From contig NIVC01003170.1 of the NCBI GenBank assembly GCA_002269645.1, positions 48,410 to 112,409 of the forward strand: a stretch of 64,000 nt of DNA. The letters run 5' to 3'. Source of the stretch: Macrostomum lignano (taxonomy: Eukaryota). Position numbers and translations under genes: made by a program. Each line of letters starts with the position of its first letter. Within the stretch, counting starts at the first letter, position 1. Positions 12,657-24,121 of the stretch are shown here, piece by piece. Under the pieces are notes generated by a model that was not told the DNA's origin, searched no databases, and was given only the letters and a program-made list of their open reading frames with translations.

Positions 12657-13793
12657 TCAGGCCAGCCGCAGCATCAACCGGATGCTCTTCAGCGCGTTCG
12701 CTCTGTCTGTCGTGGCACCCCACCAGATCATTGAGCTTGCATCCTTTATGGCAGAGAAACGGTAAATTCCGTTTGGATTCGTCTTTAAACAGTGTTTATA
12801 CCACCAGCCGCCGTAGCCATAGACTGCGGAACAGTGACGCATGCTGTCAACGTCATTGTCCCTGTCGAAGGTGGAGAACTGCATTCCCCGGTGATAAGTG
12901 AGCGAGTCTTCGCTCATATTAGAATTGCCAACCAGGTACGAGTCTAAGGTCATCTTGTAGTTGGCGCTGGCATCGCCCACGGTGAAGCCGGAGTACTCGC
13001 AGACAAACAGGGCATCCGACCACGCGACGGCCTCGATTCTCAGAAGCCGCGGATGATTTCCACTCAATTCGTGGATTTTTCTCAGACCTGAAAGGCAATA
13101 AATTTTAGAGAAAACTGAACCTGTTACTGGGAGTTCGGACTCTCAGGAAGACTGAAAATCATGATTCACTCGCCAATCCAGAAGTCAGAGCTGTCTCCGA
13201 AGCCGTTCTCGTACTCCGACCAGTTCCTGGCAAAGCTCACGCTGCCGTTGATTCGCTGCTGAATCAGGTAGAAATGTCTTCCCTCGACGATGTCTGGAAT
13301 TGGAAGGTTGGTAAAACTTCATAGGTGTGAATTCTGATTCGTTTAAACGAGGTAATATTAGTTTTTAATAGCTCAGTAAATCGTCAATTTTGTGCCACTT
13401 ACAAGGCTCAAAGGCTGACTCGTCAGCTGGTCGGCGGAACACCTGGCCGCTGCCACCAGCAGCCCCGAAGTCGGCATTCCACAGGGCAGACAGCAGGCAG
13501 AGACCCGATTCCGGTACGAATGTCACAGCCGAGCAGACAAGGCTGCCCAGCCACTCGCATTTCATCGCGCAGTCTCGCTCGTTCCGACCCGACAGAGCTC
13601 TATAGATTGAGCTGACTGTCGAGTTCAGAGGCTGACTGGAGAACTCTGCAAGAAGCGAGAGCATTTTCGCAAATAATCAGGGTTGCAGATTGCCAGAGTC
13701 AATTACTGAGCAATTATTCATCTTACCGGCGGCAGTACAAACGGAGACTAGCAGAGCCAGATTCACAGTTGCCAACAAGCAGCAGCTCCACAT
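12657..13793 (-). CDS. PAN/Apple plus fibrinogen C-terminal domain protein, paralog 1; exons 13793-13727, 13645-13403, 13293-13174, 13087-12657
   Basis: Signal peptide exon, DCAMKC...C...C Apple-like exon, then QQRINGSVSFARNWSEYENGFG..FWIG and FSTFDRDND...C...GGWWYKHC. Exon sizes match paralog 2. Confidence 0.85.
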
Positions 13794-14479
13794 GCAGCTT
13801 CAGTTTTGGCTCCTTTACGTAATTTTTATTGCTGCTTTGACGTGTCAATACCGTTCTAGTTTGAGCTTCGGGCTTATATATGCTGAAAAAGTCATCTTAA
13901 ATTGCATGGCATCCAAATTAACCAGACGGAGGGTAAACATCGTCAGGTTGTTTAATGGAAGCGTAATGGGATGATGGAGCTGAAGAGGATGCTTCTTAGA
14001 CCACTTCAGTGAAACTTTGGAGGTGTTAATCTTGCTGTGTGGTCAGAATTGAATTACAGCTTATGACAGATGGACTGTTTACTCCATTTAACTTCGATCC
14101 CTAGGGTGTCTACAGGTAATTCAATGATAATGGTTCATAATTGTTCTTCAGCTCATTCAGAGTGTCAATTTCTGTGCATCGTTGAGCAAATTTGAGAATT
14201 TTAACCTCCATTAAGTTCCTATTACTTACATATATTACTACATATTACTACATATTACTACATATATAAGACCAAAACTCCCTGGGCAATTAGTGATTCA
14301 CAGAGTGATTGTAGTAAGCACTCCTTATTTATATTATACTTATTAACATTTTGACTGCTTTTAGTCTCTTCATCCCTTTCCAACAAGTTACGAAATATGC
14401 AGAAACTTGTTTTAGCTTAGAGTTTAGGAGCTGAGGAAATGCATGAGAAATTTTGCGACTGAATCCAGTAGAAAATTGT

Positions 14480-14655
14480 ATACAGGTGCAGGTGTTATAG
14501 CTACATGTACACAGTTGATACAGATGCAGGTGTTAGCTACATGTACACAGGTAACACAGATGCAGGTGTTAGCTGCATGTACACAGGTAACACAGATGCA
14601 GGCATGTACACAGATGCAGGCATGTACACAGATGCAGGTGTTAGCTACATGTATA
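14480..14655. repeat. Degenerate minisatellite (ACATGTACACAG / ATGCAGGTGTTAGCT units)
   Basis: Read directly. Confidence 0.75.
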
Positions 14656-14894
14656 CACTGCTTTCTCTCGTTCCAAACAATATTCCTGACGATGCGATGA
14701 CCTTGGTCTTCGAAACGCGTCATAACAACCTACATGTTGATTTTCGGCTTCCACAGTTAGGGAAATTTTGCTGACTCTACTCACACACAGGTTGCATAGC
14801 CACCAAAATGCCTTTCTCAACCCGTCAGGTCAAGTACGCGACTTGTGCCTTTTAGGATTAAACTTGATGGGCGTGAAACGCACGAGTCTTAGGT

Positions 14895-15080
14895 GAATCC
14901 TATATACTAAAAATGTGATGTTTATATATATATATATATGATAGATTAGAGAAAAAATGGCTTAACCGATTTTCATGAGACTTGCACTTGAGAAGTAGGT
15001 ATTATGAAGTTCTGCAGCTGCATTTCCATCCACCTGAGACGCTCGTAGCGGACGATGCACCTCAGTGGTCTCACCAGGTC
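14895..15080 (+). mobile_element. Possible non-autonomous Helitron-like fragment
   Basis: ATCCTATATACTAAAAATGTGATG followed by AATGGCTTAACCGATTTTCATGAGA resembles 5' parts of non-autonomous Helitrons; no 3' hairpin confirmed. Confidence 0.3.
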
Positions 15081-15117
15081 CTAGCCACTTATTGACAGAT
15101 GAACAAAGCGAGACGAG

Positions 15118-15119
<2 letters not shown>

Positions 15120-15204
<85 letters not shown>
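15120..15204. repeat. (AG)n microsatellite
   Basis: Read directly. Confidence 0.95.
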
Positions 15205-15206
<2 letters not shown>

Positions 15207-15484
15207 GAGAGAAGTTAGGAAAGAAGTAAAATGGCTGCCAAGGGCAGTCAAGTACTTATCAAGCCTGAACGCACCAACGATTCATGCATTAACCAGTCAT
15301 GCAAAAAATGTATTTCCGCCGATGACTCCATGCATTAAGCATTGTTTTCATGCATTCATGAGGCAGAGGAAAGAGGATGATTAGGCAATAAAATTATTGT
15401 CAATTGTTTGCTTCAGACATAAAAGTCAGGTAGAATCGCAATTTTTGTCAGGTGAGGGACTGACGGCTCCGAACGCATATCGAT

Positions 15485-16941
15485 ATGGACAGCAGGCTGT
15501 TGACGGTGGTAGCTGCGCTATCGCTGCTTGTCACCGCCTCTGCTGCAGCTGGTATGTCATTAAAATTGACTGAGTATCGCCCAATCACGAGCCAAATTCT
15601 TAAGAATTACCCTCGTACATGTACACGGTAGTACACCTAAACTTAATTCCAGAATTCTCGATTCAGCCAGTGCAACCAGTAGCAATCTCAGGGCACAGGA
15701 CTTTTCCCGGTCTAAACGAGAGAGACTGCGCGATGAGGTGCGAATCGCTCGGCCTGCTCTGCTCGGTTGTTGCATTCGTGCGGGAATCCGGTCTCTGCCT
15801 GCTGTCTGCCATCCGGAATGCCAGCTTCGGAGCTGCTGCTGGCAGCGGCCAGGTGTTTCGCCGATCCGGCAGCGGGCTGAGTTTTGAGCCGTGTGAGTCG
15901 GAATTCGGTTGATAGGGTTTTATGGTAATGCCGCCCGGCCCTAGGCAATGATAAACATTTTACCTGTAGCTGGTAAACATCTTTTTTTGAGATGAAAAGT
16001 CATAACTGGAAGGACGCTACCTCGAACATCAGAAAATTTAATTGGGAGGTCTACGCTGCGACATGCATTAGCAATATAAGCTTTTGCAGCGTTTTATCAG
16101 CACTAAATTTGCAGTAACTCACTTTCTGAACTTTCCCTGCAGTCCTGCAGTAACAGAGGAACCTGTCATGTATTTTGTCCTCCGACGCTGATTCAAACAT
16201 TTAATCGAAGATTGACAAAAGACAAAATAAAAAACACCAATAGTTATTAATTTTTAGTGCATTATGTACGATTCTTAATTTCAGAATAAATCTGTACCAA
16301 ACTTAATCAGATATTGTGGACGGCAGGACGTTCTGGGTGTTCTTGAAACGCGTTCTGGGCAATTTGAGCTTTGCTAAGACCTGGTCTGAATACGAAAATG
16401 GATTTAGTGATGGAATCGACTTCTGGATTGGTAAGCAGTCAACAAAAGTCAAGTAGAAAGTAGAAAGAGCATCCTAGAACTGAATGTCAATGCGTTTGTT
16501 TCAGGTCTTCGCATCATCAACGAGCTGACGGGCAGCACGCCGAGAGTGCTGCGGGTGGAGGCTGTCACCTGGGCTGACGAACTCTTCATCGCCGAGTACT
16601 CCGGCTTCACCGTAGGCGACGCCAGCACCAACTACGCCATGACTTACACCTCGTACCTGACCGCCAGCTCCAACATGACGGGAGACGCTCTGGCCTACCA
16701 CAAAGGCAGCCAGTTCTCCACTATGGACCGGGACAACGATGGCAGGTCCGGTTCCAGCTGCTCTGTGGCTCACTGCGGCAACGGCGGCTGGTGGTACTCG
16801 AGCTGCGCCTACTGCAACCCGAGCGGCGTCTACGAGACCTCCGTCATCGCTGATTCGCTCAAGAAGATGATGTGGAAATACGCCACTGGTGGCACCTATG
16901 CCGCTCTGAAAAGCATCCAGCTGATGGTGCAGAATGGTTAG
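15485..16941 (+). CDS. PAN/Apple plus fibrinogen C-terminal domain protein, paralog 2; exons 15485-15551, 15653-15892, 16311-16430, 16505-16941
   Basis: MDSRLLTVVAALSLLVTASAAA signal, NERDCAMRCESLG..C Apple-like exon, KTWSEYENGFSDGIDFWIG, FSTMDRDND...C...GGWWYSSC. GT-AG, all phase 1. Confidence 0.88.
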
Positions 16942-17295
16942 GGTTGGTTTGGAGCTACGACAGGCATTGGCATACTGCAAAACTTTATATAGACTGACAA
17001 AAAAGCATCTATCAGCAGTGTAGAACCAAATACGACGGACGGAACATCAAATATATGACGGCGGCTATAACTTTTTATGATTAGTTGAGGCTTGCAAAAA
17101 ATGCTCCAACGTTATTTAATTTTGAGCAATCAAATTATCTGTTCCTTGTACTTTTCATTAACAATCGACATAAAACTACTATGAGCCGATTTTTTCAATT
17201 CGAAATCTTATAAATCAATATTTATAAAAAATATTATCAAGATACTTACTGACGGAAACTCGCTACACGTGTGTTCTCCAATTTTATTTCAGTTG

Positions 17296-17850
17296 AGTAG
17301 AAGGCATGAGGGGGCTTTTGGGACAAAATTTTTCACGTCCTCCATAATCCCATTAAATCCATCCATATTATCCCTGACAGAATCAGAAAAAAGGGGGGTC
17401 GGACTTGTTCACAAAACGTCCTCCATAATCCCATTAAATCCATCCATATTATCCCTGACAGAATCAGAAAAAAAGGGGGGGGTCGCACTTACTCCAAAAA
17501 CTTCGAACATAATCCACCTAAATCCATCCATATTATCCCTGACAGAATCAGAAAAAAAAGGGGAGGGGCCGCACTTGCTCCGAAAACTTCGAACATAATC
17601 CCATTAAATCCATCCATATTATCCCTGACAGAATCAGAGCAGGTGTCCACTGATACCTGTTATGCTCACTGTGGACACCTGTTATGTTCACTGACACAGA
17701 CATAATCCACTGACATCCATCTATAGCATGTTCGAAACAATCAGAAAATAATCTGCATTCTTCTCCCCACATTCAATTTGCAAAGCGAAACCAGATCCCA
17801 AAGACTTTAAATCATCAGCGCAGGGTCCTCACCCTTTGAAAAAAATTAAA
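17296..17850 (+). repeat. Left terminal inverted repeat of the Polinton (about 555 bp, 4 internal subrepeats)
   Basis: Reverse complement of about 43456-43926; subrepeat core AATCCATCCATATTATCCCTGACAGAATCAGA. Confidence 0.95.
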
Positions 17851-18112
17851 TTCTCAATAAAAAAAATGTTTCCAGTTGTCTCTCCGGGTTCTTATTACAA
17901 AGCGCACGAGCCTAATTACAAATCCAAGTACCGATGCAAACTTGAATGCAGCGAGTACATGAGAAAATATTGGCCCGGCATTGATATCAATGTCCCTACC
18001 CGAGAAAAAAAAACAAACCAAACTTGCTAAGTACTTGGTAAGTCAACAATGCAACCTCGTGGCAAGTACCGCCTAAGTACTTTCTAAGTTTTCCAAGTAC
18101 ACTCAATAAGTA

Positions 18113-18728
18113 CTTTCCAAGTATCAAGTATGCAATGTTTTCTCCAGTCACTTCTCAAGTACTTTCCAAGTATGCAATGTTTTCTCTAGTCACTTCTCAA
18201 GTACTTTCCAAGTTTGCAATGTTTTCTCCAGTCACTTCTTAAGTACTTTCCAAGTATGCAATGTTTTCTCCAGTCACTTCTCAAGTACTTTCCAAGTATG
18301 TAATGTTTTCTCCAGTCACTTCTCAAGTACTTTCCAAGTATGCAATGTTTTCTCTAGTCACTTCTCAAGTACTTTCCAAGTTTGCAATGTTTTCTCCAGT
18401 CACTTCTTAAGTACTTTCCAAGTATGCAATGTTTTCTCCAGTCACTTCTCAAGTACTTTCCAAGTATGTAATGTTTTCTCCAGTCACTTCTCAAGTATTT
18501 TCCAAGTATGCAATGTTTTCTCCAATCACTTCTCAAGTACTTTCCAAGTATGCAATGTTTTCTCCAGTCACTTCTCAAGTACTTTCCAAGTATGCAATGT
18601 TTTCTCCAGTCACTTCTCTAGTACTTTCCAAGTATGCAATGTTTTCTCAAGTCACTTCTCAAGTACTTTCCAAGTATGCAATGTTTTCTTAAATCACTTT
18701 TCAAGTACCTTCCAGGTATGCAATGTTC
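18113..18728. repeat. 42-bp tandem array, about 14 copies
   Basis: Unit AAGTATGCAATGTTTTCTCCAGTCACTTCTCAAGTACTTTCC. Confidence 0.95.
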
Positions 18729-21700
18729 ACAAGAGCTATAAATACTTATCACATTTCAAAGTGATTTAGGTGACTTATTTACGAGAAAGTATATGGTTCC
18801 AAGTGTGAACCTATTAAATATATAATTTATCTATAGAGCACTTGGCAAAATGTTGATACTCATACTATGGACTTGCAAAAGTTACAAAGAACAAAAAATA
18901 ATTCCATCATACAGAATTTCACTTGTTAAAGAAAAAATTCAACAAGCAATAGGGAGCTTCAAAATAATTGTAAAGTGTACTGTTATATTGTATTCAAAGT
19001 ATTGATACACATAAAAGTTGCAACTTAACAAATTATTCAAATGATCACAGGCAGAAAAAATGCAAGACAAAGAAAAAGCAGCATAAAAAATGGACAATTA
19101 TATAGCTAACAAATCTTCATTGTTTTCAGCAGGTTTTTTAAATATAGATGATGACATTTGTAGATGGTAGCTAAAATGGAAATTTAAGTGAATATGAATA
19201 ATTATATTTCACAAAAAATTAAACCATGTAAATTTTACCCAGGTAATAGTTCTTAATCTAAAGAAATGCTAAGTAAATGCACTTTATAACCAATAATATA
19301 ACATAGTTTATAAATATACTTAAATATTTTTTTATTATAAATTGCTTAATTTTCTGATCTTAAAATCTAAATCATCAAATATACTAAAAATAAAAATATT
19401 CTATAAACTAAAAATAAAATTTTAAGTCTAAATACTTCTAGGCTTATAATTAAAAACTAACTAGGCTTATATTATATTTCTAATAAGCTAAAGACAATTT
19501 ATTAGAATGATTATAATTAGGCTATAATTGGGCCTAATCAACAAATATCCTAAGACTTAATAAAACAATATTATTACTACCAATCTATTATCAATAATAA
19601 AAGTAAAAAATTTGCAATCAAAATTATTAACATAGCCTGGATAATTCTAGTCCAGCTGTCTAAAAGAAAAAAAACAAAGTATTTTTACTCTGAAGCATTT
19701 CTTGCACTTTTTACAATGACATTAAATCTGAAACTGAAGATTAAAAACAGAAGCTATAAGGCAAAACTATAAACAAGGTCAAGGTTAGATAAGGAAGGCC
19801 AGATGATTTTTCCTATCTAACCATTATGCAGATCAAGACAATAATTCTTAAGTAGGCACTTCAGTGAGAAAATTAAATTTCAGAAATTGTTATAGGCTGC
19901 TATTTCACTAGATAGATCTTACTTTCCCATTTCCAAAATGGCCAAACTTTAGTGATTTGGTTGAGTAATAAGGAAACTACAGCTATTTTAGTAACCCCGA
20001 TTTGTGCCTTTAGCCAATGGAATTTTTACATTACGGTTTGTGATCATTTTTGGCCAAAAAGTTGGCTTTTTGTCTTTGAACACTTGTAATTAATTTTCTA
20101 GCCAACCAAAATGACTGTGCTTGGTGTCATTTTGTTCAGTTTTTTAGTGTTAATTGTATGAATTATATATTTTAATATTATTTTATATGCCCAAGTTGCT
20201 AAGCTAATTGAAACAGGATGGGTGTATGAAATTTTGACTATTTTAACCAGATACGCAATGATTGCAATTTTAAAAATACAATAGCATCTGTTCTGCTTGC
20301 TTAATTTATACAAGGCTAGTGTCATTTTGTTCAGGTTTTTACCTACTATAATACTATTCTACTTCTTGCCCTAAATTTTTAATGCATGACAGACACCCCA
20401 ACTGCAATGTAATGTGCTGTACAGGCTTTGCGCATGGGTTTATTAAAAAACGGTTTTGTCTATCGTGTTCAGCATAGCAGAATTAGTTAAATGACACAGA
20501 GAACTAGTTTGCCGGAAGGCAGAGTCTCACAAAAAACACGAAATACACGTTTCAATGGGTATTTTACATGTAAACGTATCAAAAAAAGAAACCTCCACAA
20601 AATTTTTGCGCCTATAGCTATTGACAAGCGGTTTTTTTTACTGTGCTTGTATTGTCAATAGGTAATGAAAAATATAAAGAGAAACAATGCAGGAAAAGGA
20701 TTTCATGGAAAATTTTGGATTTGAAATTTTGCATAGAGCCATATGGGCATTAAAAGAAAAAAAATTTTTTTTTAACACCAGAAAAATGTTTCTAAATTAT
20801 CCCTTTACACTATAAAACCTTTGTTTCCATTATAAGAAACACATTGCAGCTAAGAAAAAGCATTTTCTGAACCACTGTTTTTTTATTCATTTTGGCTTCA
20901 ATTTTATATTCCTCCTAAAAATGGTCAACTTTAAAAATAGACAGTGCAAAAAGTATAACAAAGCTAGACTTGCAGTTGGTGTCATTTGAAAGAGCTCCTT
21001 TTTACCTTTTAAATGCATATTTTACTTTCATCCTGGCTTCTATAGTTTCTTTAAAATCGCCCTTGAAAAATTGGACTTTTTTCTTACTTTTTTGCCATTG
21101 GCACGCACTTCTTATAACTCACTGAAGTCCCTATCTTAAGTCACAACTCAAAAAAGTCAGTTTTAAAATTTTATCTATATTTATATTCTGAGTCAGTATA
21201 AGTAATATACTAAGCCCATATGACTATAATATTAGCCTTCTAAAAAACTTCTAGATCTAGTTAAAGAAGCCAAGAAGGCAGGCCTATGCCTATAGGGCAT
21301 AGTGGGTAGGCTGGCCTACTGGGCCATATAAAATGTCAATTACAATAACTATAGTCAGCCAATTGTTGAGCGACAAGGTATATCAACTACTATATGAAAT
21401 AAAATCGGCAACAAATAATTGCTAAAAGGCCTATCTAACTAAAGCCTAAGTTTGAAAAGAAAGATAAAAGGACAATTTTACACAAACCTATGCGAAAGCG
21501 AAAATTAGAATTTTCGTTTCAAATTTTGACAGTTTAAACAAATTAGATAATAATCATTTGCCCCAAACAATATAAGATGTAATATATATTTCATTTGTTA
21601 ATGAAACAAACACTCAAGAATCAGTAAATACTGATATTTTAGCAAAACTTCCTAAAATTTTTGTCATAATAGATTAGTAAAAGAATTAGTCTTGCAATGT

Positions 21701-21987
21701 GCAATTGTGTAAATGTATTTATAGAGTCTTTTCATGTAAATTATGCAATCCAAAAGAATGTTTGCCTTTTACGGAACACTAGCTTTGATGATGCAGCTAG
21801 CCAAGCTCTTCCCAAAGAAAAATACAGACACCTATAGCTTCGGGATGTATTGCTGTAGCTGTATTCAGCTGTATTCAGGAATATAAAAATTCCGAGGAAT
21901 AGCCAAATAATCATTTTTTGTGAGCGGGAGCGATGTCAGCTAAATAAAAGCTGTTATCCTGCTGGTAAAAAATGTGTATGTACGGAT

Positions 21988-22990
21988 TTTGCAAACTTGG
22001 AAAGTCAACCAAGTAGGCTCTACTTTGGATACTTTCCAAGTACTTGGATGTAGACATCGGAAGTGTACTTTGCAAACTTGGAAAGTCGAACCAAGTAGGC
22101 TCTACTTTGGATACTTTCTAAGTATTTGGATGTAGACATCGGAAGTGTACTTTGCAAACTTGGAAAGTCGAACCAAGTAGGCTCTACTTTGGATACTTTC
22201 CAAGTACTTGGATGTAGACATCGGAAGTGTACTTTGCAAACTTGGAAAGTCGAACCAAGTAGGCTCTACTTTGGATACTTTCTAAGTACTTGGATGTAGA
22301 CATCGGAAGTGTACTTTGCAAACTTGGAAAGTCGAACCAAGTAGGCTCTACTTTGGATACTTTCTAAGTACTTGGATGTAGACATCGGAAGTGTACTTTG
22401 CAAACTTGGAAAGTCGAACCAAGTAGGCTCTACTTTGGATACTTTCTAAGTACTTGGATGTAGACATCGGAAGTGTACTTTGCAAACTTGGAAAGTCGAA
22501 CCAAGTAGGCTCTACTTTGGATACTTTCTAAGTACTTGGATGTAGACATCGGAAGTGTACTTTGCAAACTTGGAAAGTCGAACCAAGTAGGCTCTACTTT
22601 GAATACTTTCTAAGTACTTGGATGTAGACATCGGAAGTGTACTTTGCAAACTTGGAAAGTCGAACCAAGTAGGCTCTACTTTGGATACTTTCTAAGTATT
22701 TGGATGTAGACATCGGAAGTGTACTTTGCAAACTTGGAAAGTCGAACCAAGTAGGCTCTACTTTGGATACTTTCCAAGTACTTGGATGTAGACATCGGAA
22801 GTGTACTTTGCAAACTTGGAAAGTCGAACCAAGTAGGCTCTACTTTGGATACTTTCTAAGTACTTGGATGTAGACATCGGAAGTGTACTTTGCAAACTTG
22901 GAAAGTCGAACCAAGTAGGCTCTACTTTGGATACTTTCTAAGTACTTGGATGTAGACATCGGAAGTGTACTTTGCAAACTTGGAAAGTCG
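21988..22990. repeat. 82-bp tandem array, about 12 near-identical copies
   Basis: Unit TTTGCAAACTTGGAAAGTCGAACCAAGTAGGCTCTACTTTGGATACTTTCTAAGTACTTGGATGTAGACATCGGAAGTGTAC; no unique spacers. Confidence 0.95.
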
Positions 22991-23234
22991 ATTGAAGTTG
23001 GGTAAAAACATTGCATACTTTTTAAGTACATGACAATGATACTTTGCAAACTTGGTAAGTCAACAATGTCATCCAAGTACATGGTTGACTTGGAAAGTTT
23101 AGCATGTTTTTTTTTCCCGGGTAATATTAATCAAGCTCTCCAAAGACACTGGTTTCATAAGTATGGAATAACCTACGTAAAAGATTACGACAGCTACTAT
23201 AACTTTGCAGAAATCATTAAGCAATTGTGATTTC

Positions 23235-24102
23235 TTACATTCTCTCAATGATCAACGTCAATACAAACTCTTCACCGTTGAAATCAACACCCATCCCATC
23301 TTCAGTCTCAAACTGTAGCACAATCTCGTGAATCTCCTTATTACTCAATACAACTCTTTTCACTGGATTTGGTTTCTCTACCACCATCTGTCCTCCAGCT
23401 ACAGAGTTGGAGATATTGTACAAAATATTCGTTCGCTTTCCCTTAAATACCCAATCAAGACTGAGATTGCTTCTGATTAGAATATTCAAACCCTTTACAA
23501 TGTCTGCAATATTGGGTGCTAAGAACAAACCGCTTACATTTTCCCGGGCCATTTTAACGGTCCTCGATGCTTGAGTGGCGGTCCGCGCCGCGGATTCTGC
23601 CTTATAAACTTTCTTCTCGAATCCCAGTTCCCTATACCAAGTGTCATCTTTAAACTCAACCTCCGCATCTTTGTGAACTTGCATGACCACTCTCATTACA
23701 GTGAGATCATAGGTTAGTTTGACAGGGAACAGTTTCTTCTCTGGCTTACTCGCATCAGGTGTCTCAAAATGGCCTCTCTTAGTAAAGACATTTTCTAGAA
23801 AGTTATTGTAGGTATCCACTCTTTGCGTGCTACCATGGAATACCACAGGGTCTGCTGCTGCACCTTTCCATTTGTAATAAAATTTATTATTTGCTGCCAT
23901 CACATTGGGAACGTTTGACCAACCAGTGAAGTCGTTAAGATAGACATGGTAGCTAATTAGCGCCAGGATCCAGGCGAATCGCCTGCTCTAATTTTTCAAC
24001 AAACATCCCGTTTGAGTCATTAATTCGCCCAGTTATTGTAATAGGAATGCTCTCCTTAGAGTGAGAAACAATATTATTTAGTCTTTCAGCAATCGCTTCC
24101 AT
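23235..24102 (-). pseudogene. Polinton minor capsid protein (penton), 287 aa if the 4-bp insertion at 23950-23955 is removed
   Basis: C-terminal NILYN...EKPNPV...IVLQFETEDG..VDFNGEEFVLTLII pattern. Manual translation from ATG 24102 gives MEAIAERL...IRLDPGAN, continuing YHVYLNDFTGWSNVPNV after removing 4 nt. Confidence 0.8.
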
Positions 24103-24121
24103 TTTTTCACAAAAAGAATAT

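Larger units (their letters stand above)
17999..23121. mobile_element. Non-autonomous DNA transposon nested in the Polinton, TA target duplication, superfamily unassigned
   Basis: TIR CCCGAGAAAAAAAAACA vs reverse complement CCCGGGAAAAAAAAACA (16/17, weaker match for about 17 bp more); TA at 17997-17998 and 23122-23123; excision restores an ORF. Confidence 0.85.
17866..23230 (+). pseudogene. 79-aa Polinton orphan ORF split by the nested DNA transposon (17866-17998 plus 23124-23230)
   Basis: Removing 17999-23123 joins ...GIDINVP to NINQALQRHWFHKY...IKQL* in frame; A-rich leader like other Polinton genes. Confidence 0.75.

Noticed and set aside
18730-21985. Transposase or further nested element in the AT-rich core
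   Set aside because: No convincing ORF; partial inverted matches (about 20425 vs 21485) lack a TSD.
21988-22990. 82-bp and 42-bp arrays as CRISPR-like arrays
   Set aside because: Units are contiguous and near-identical with no unique spacers, and there are no cas genes; eukaryotic context.
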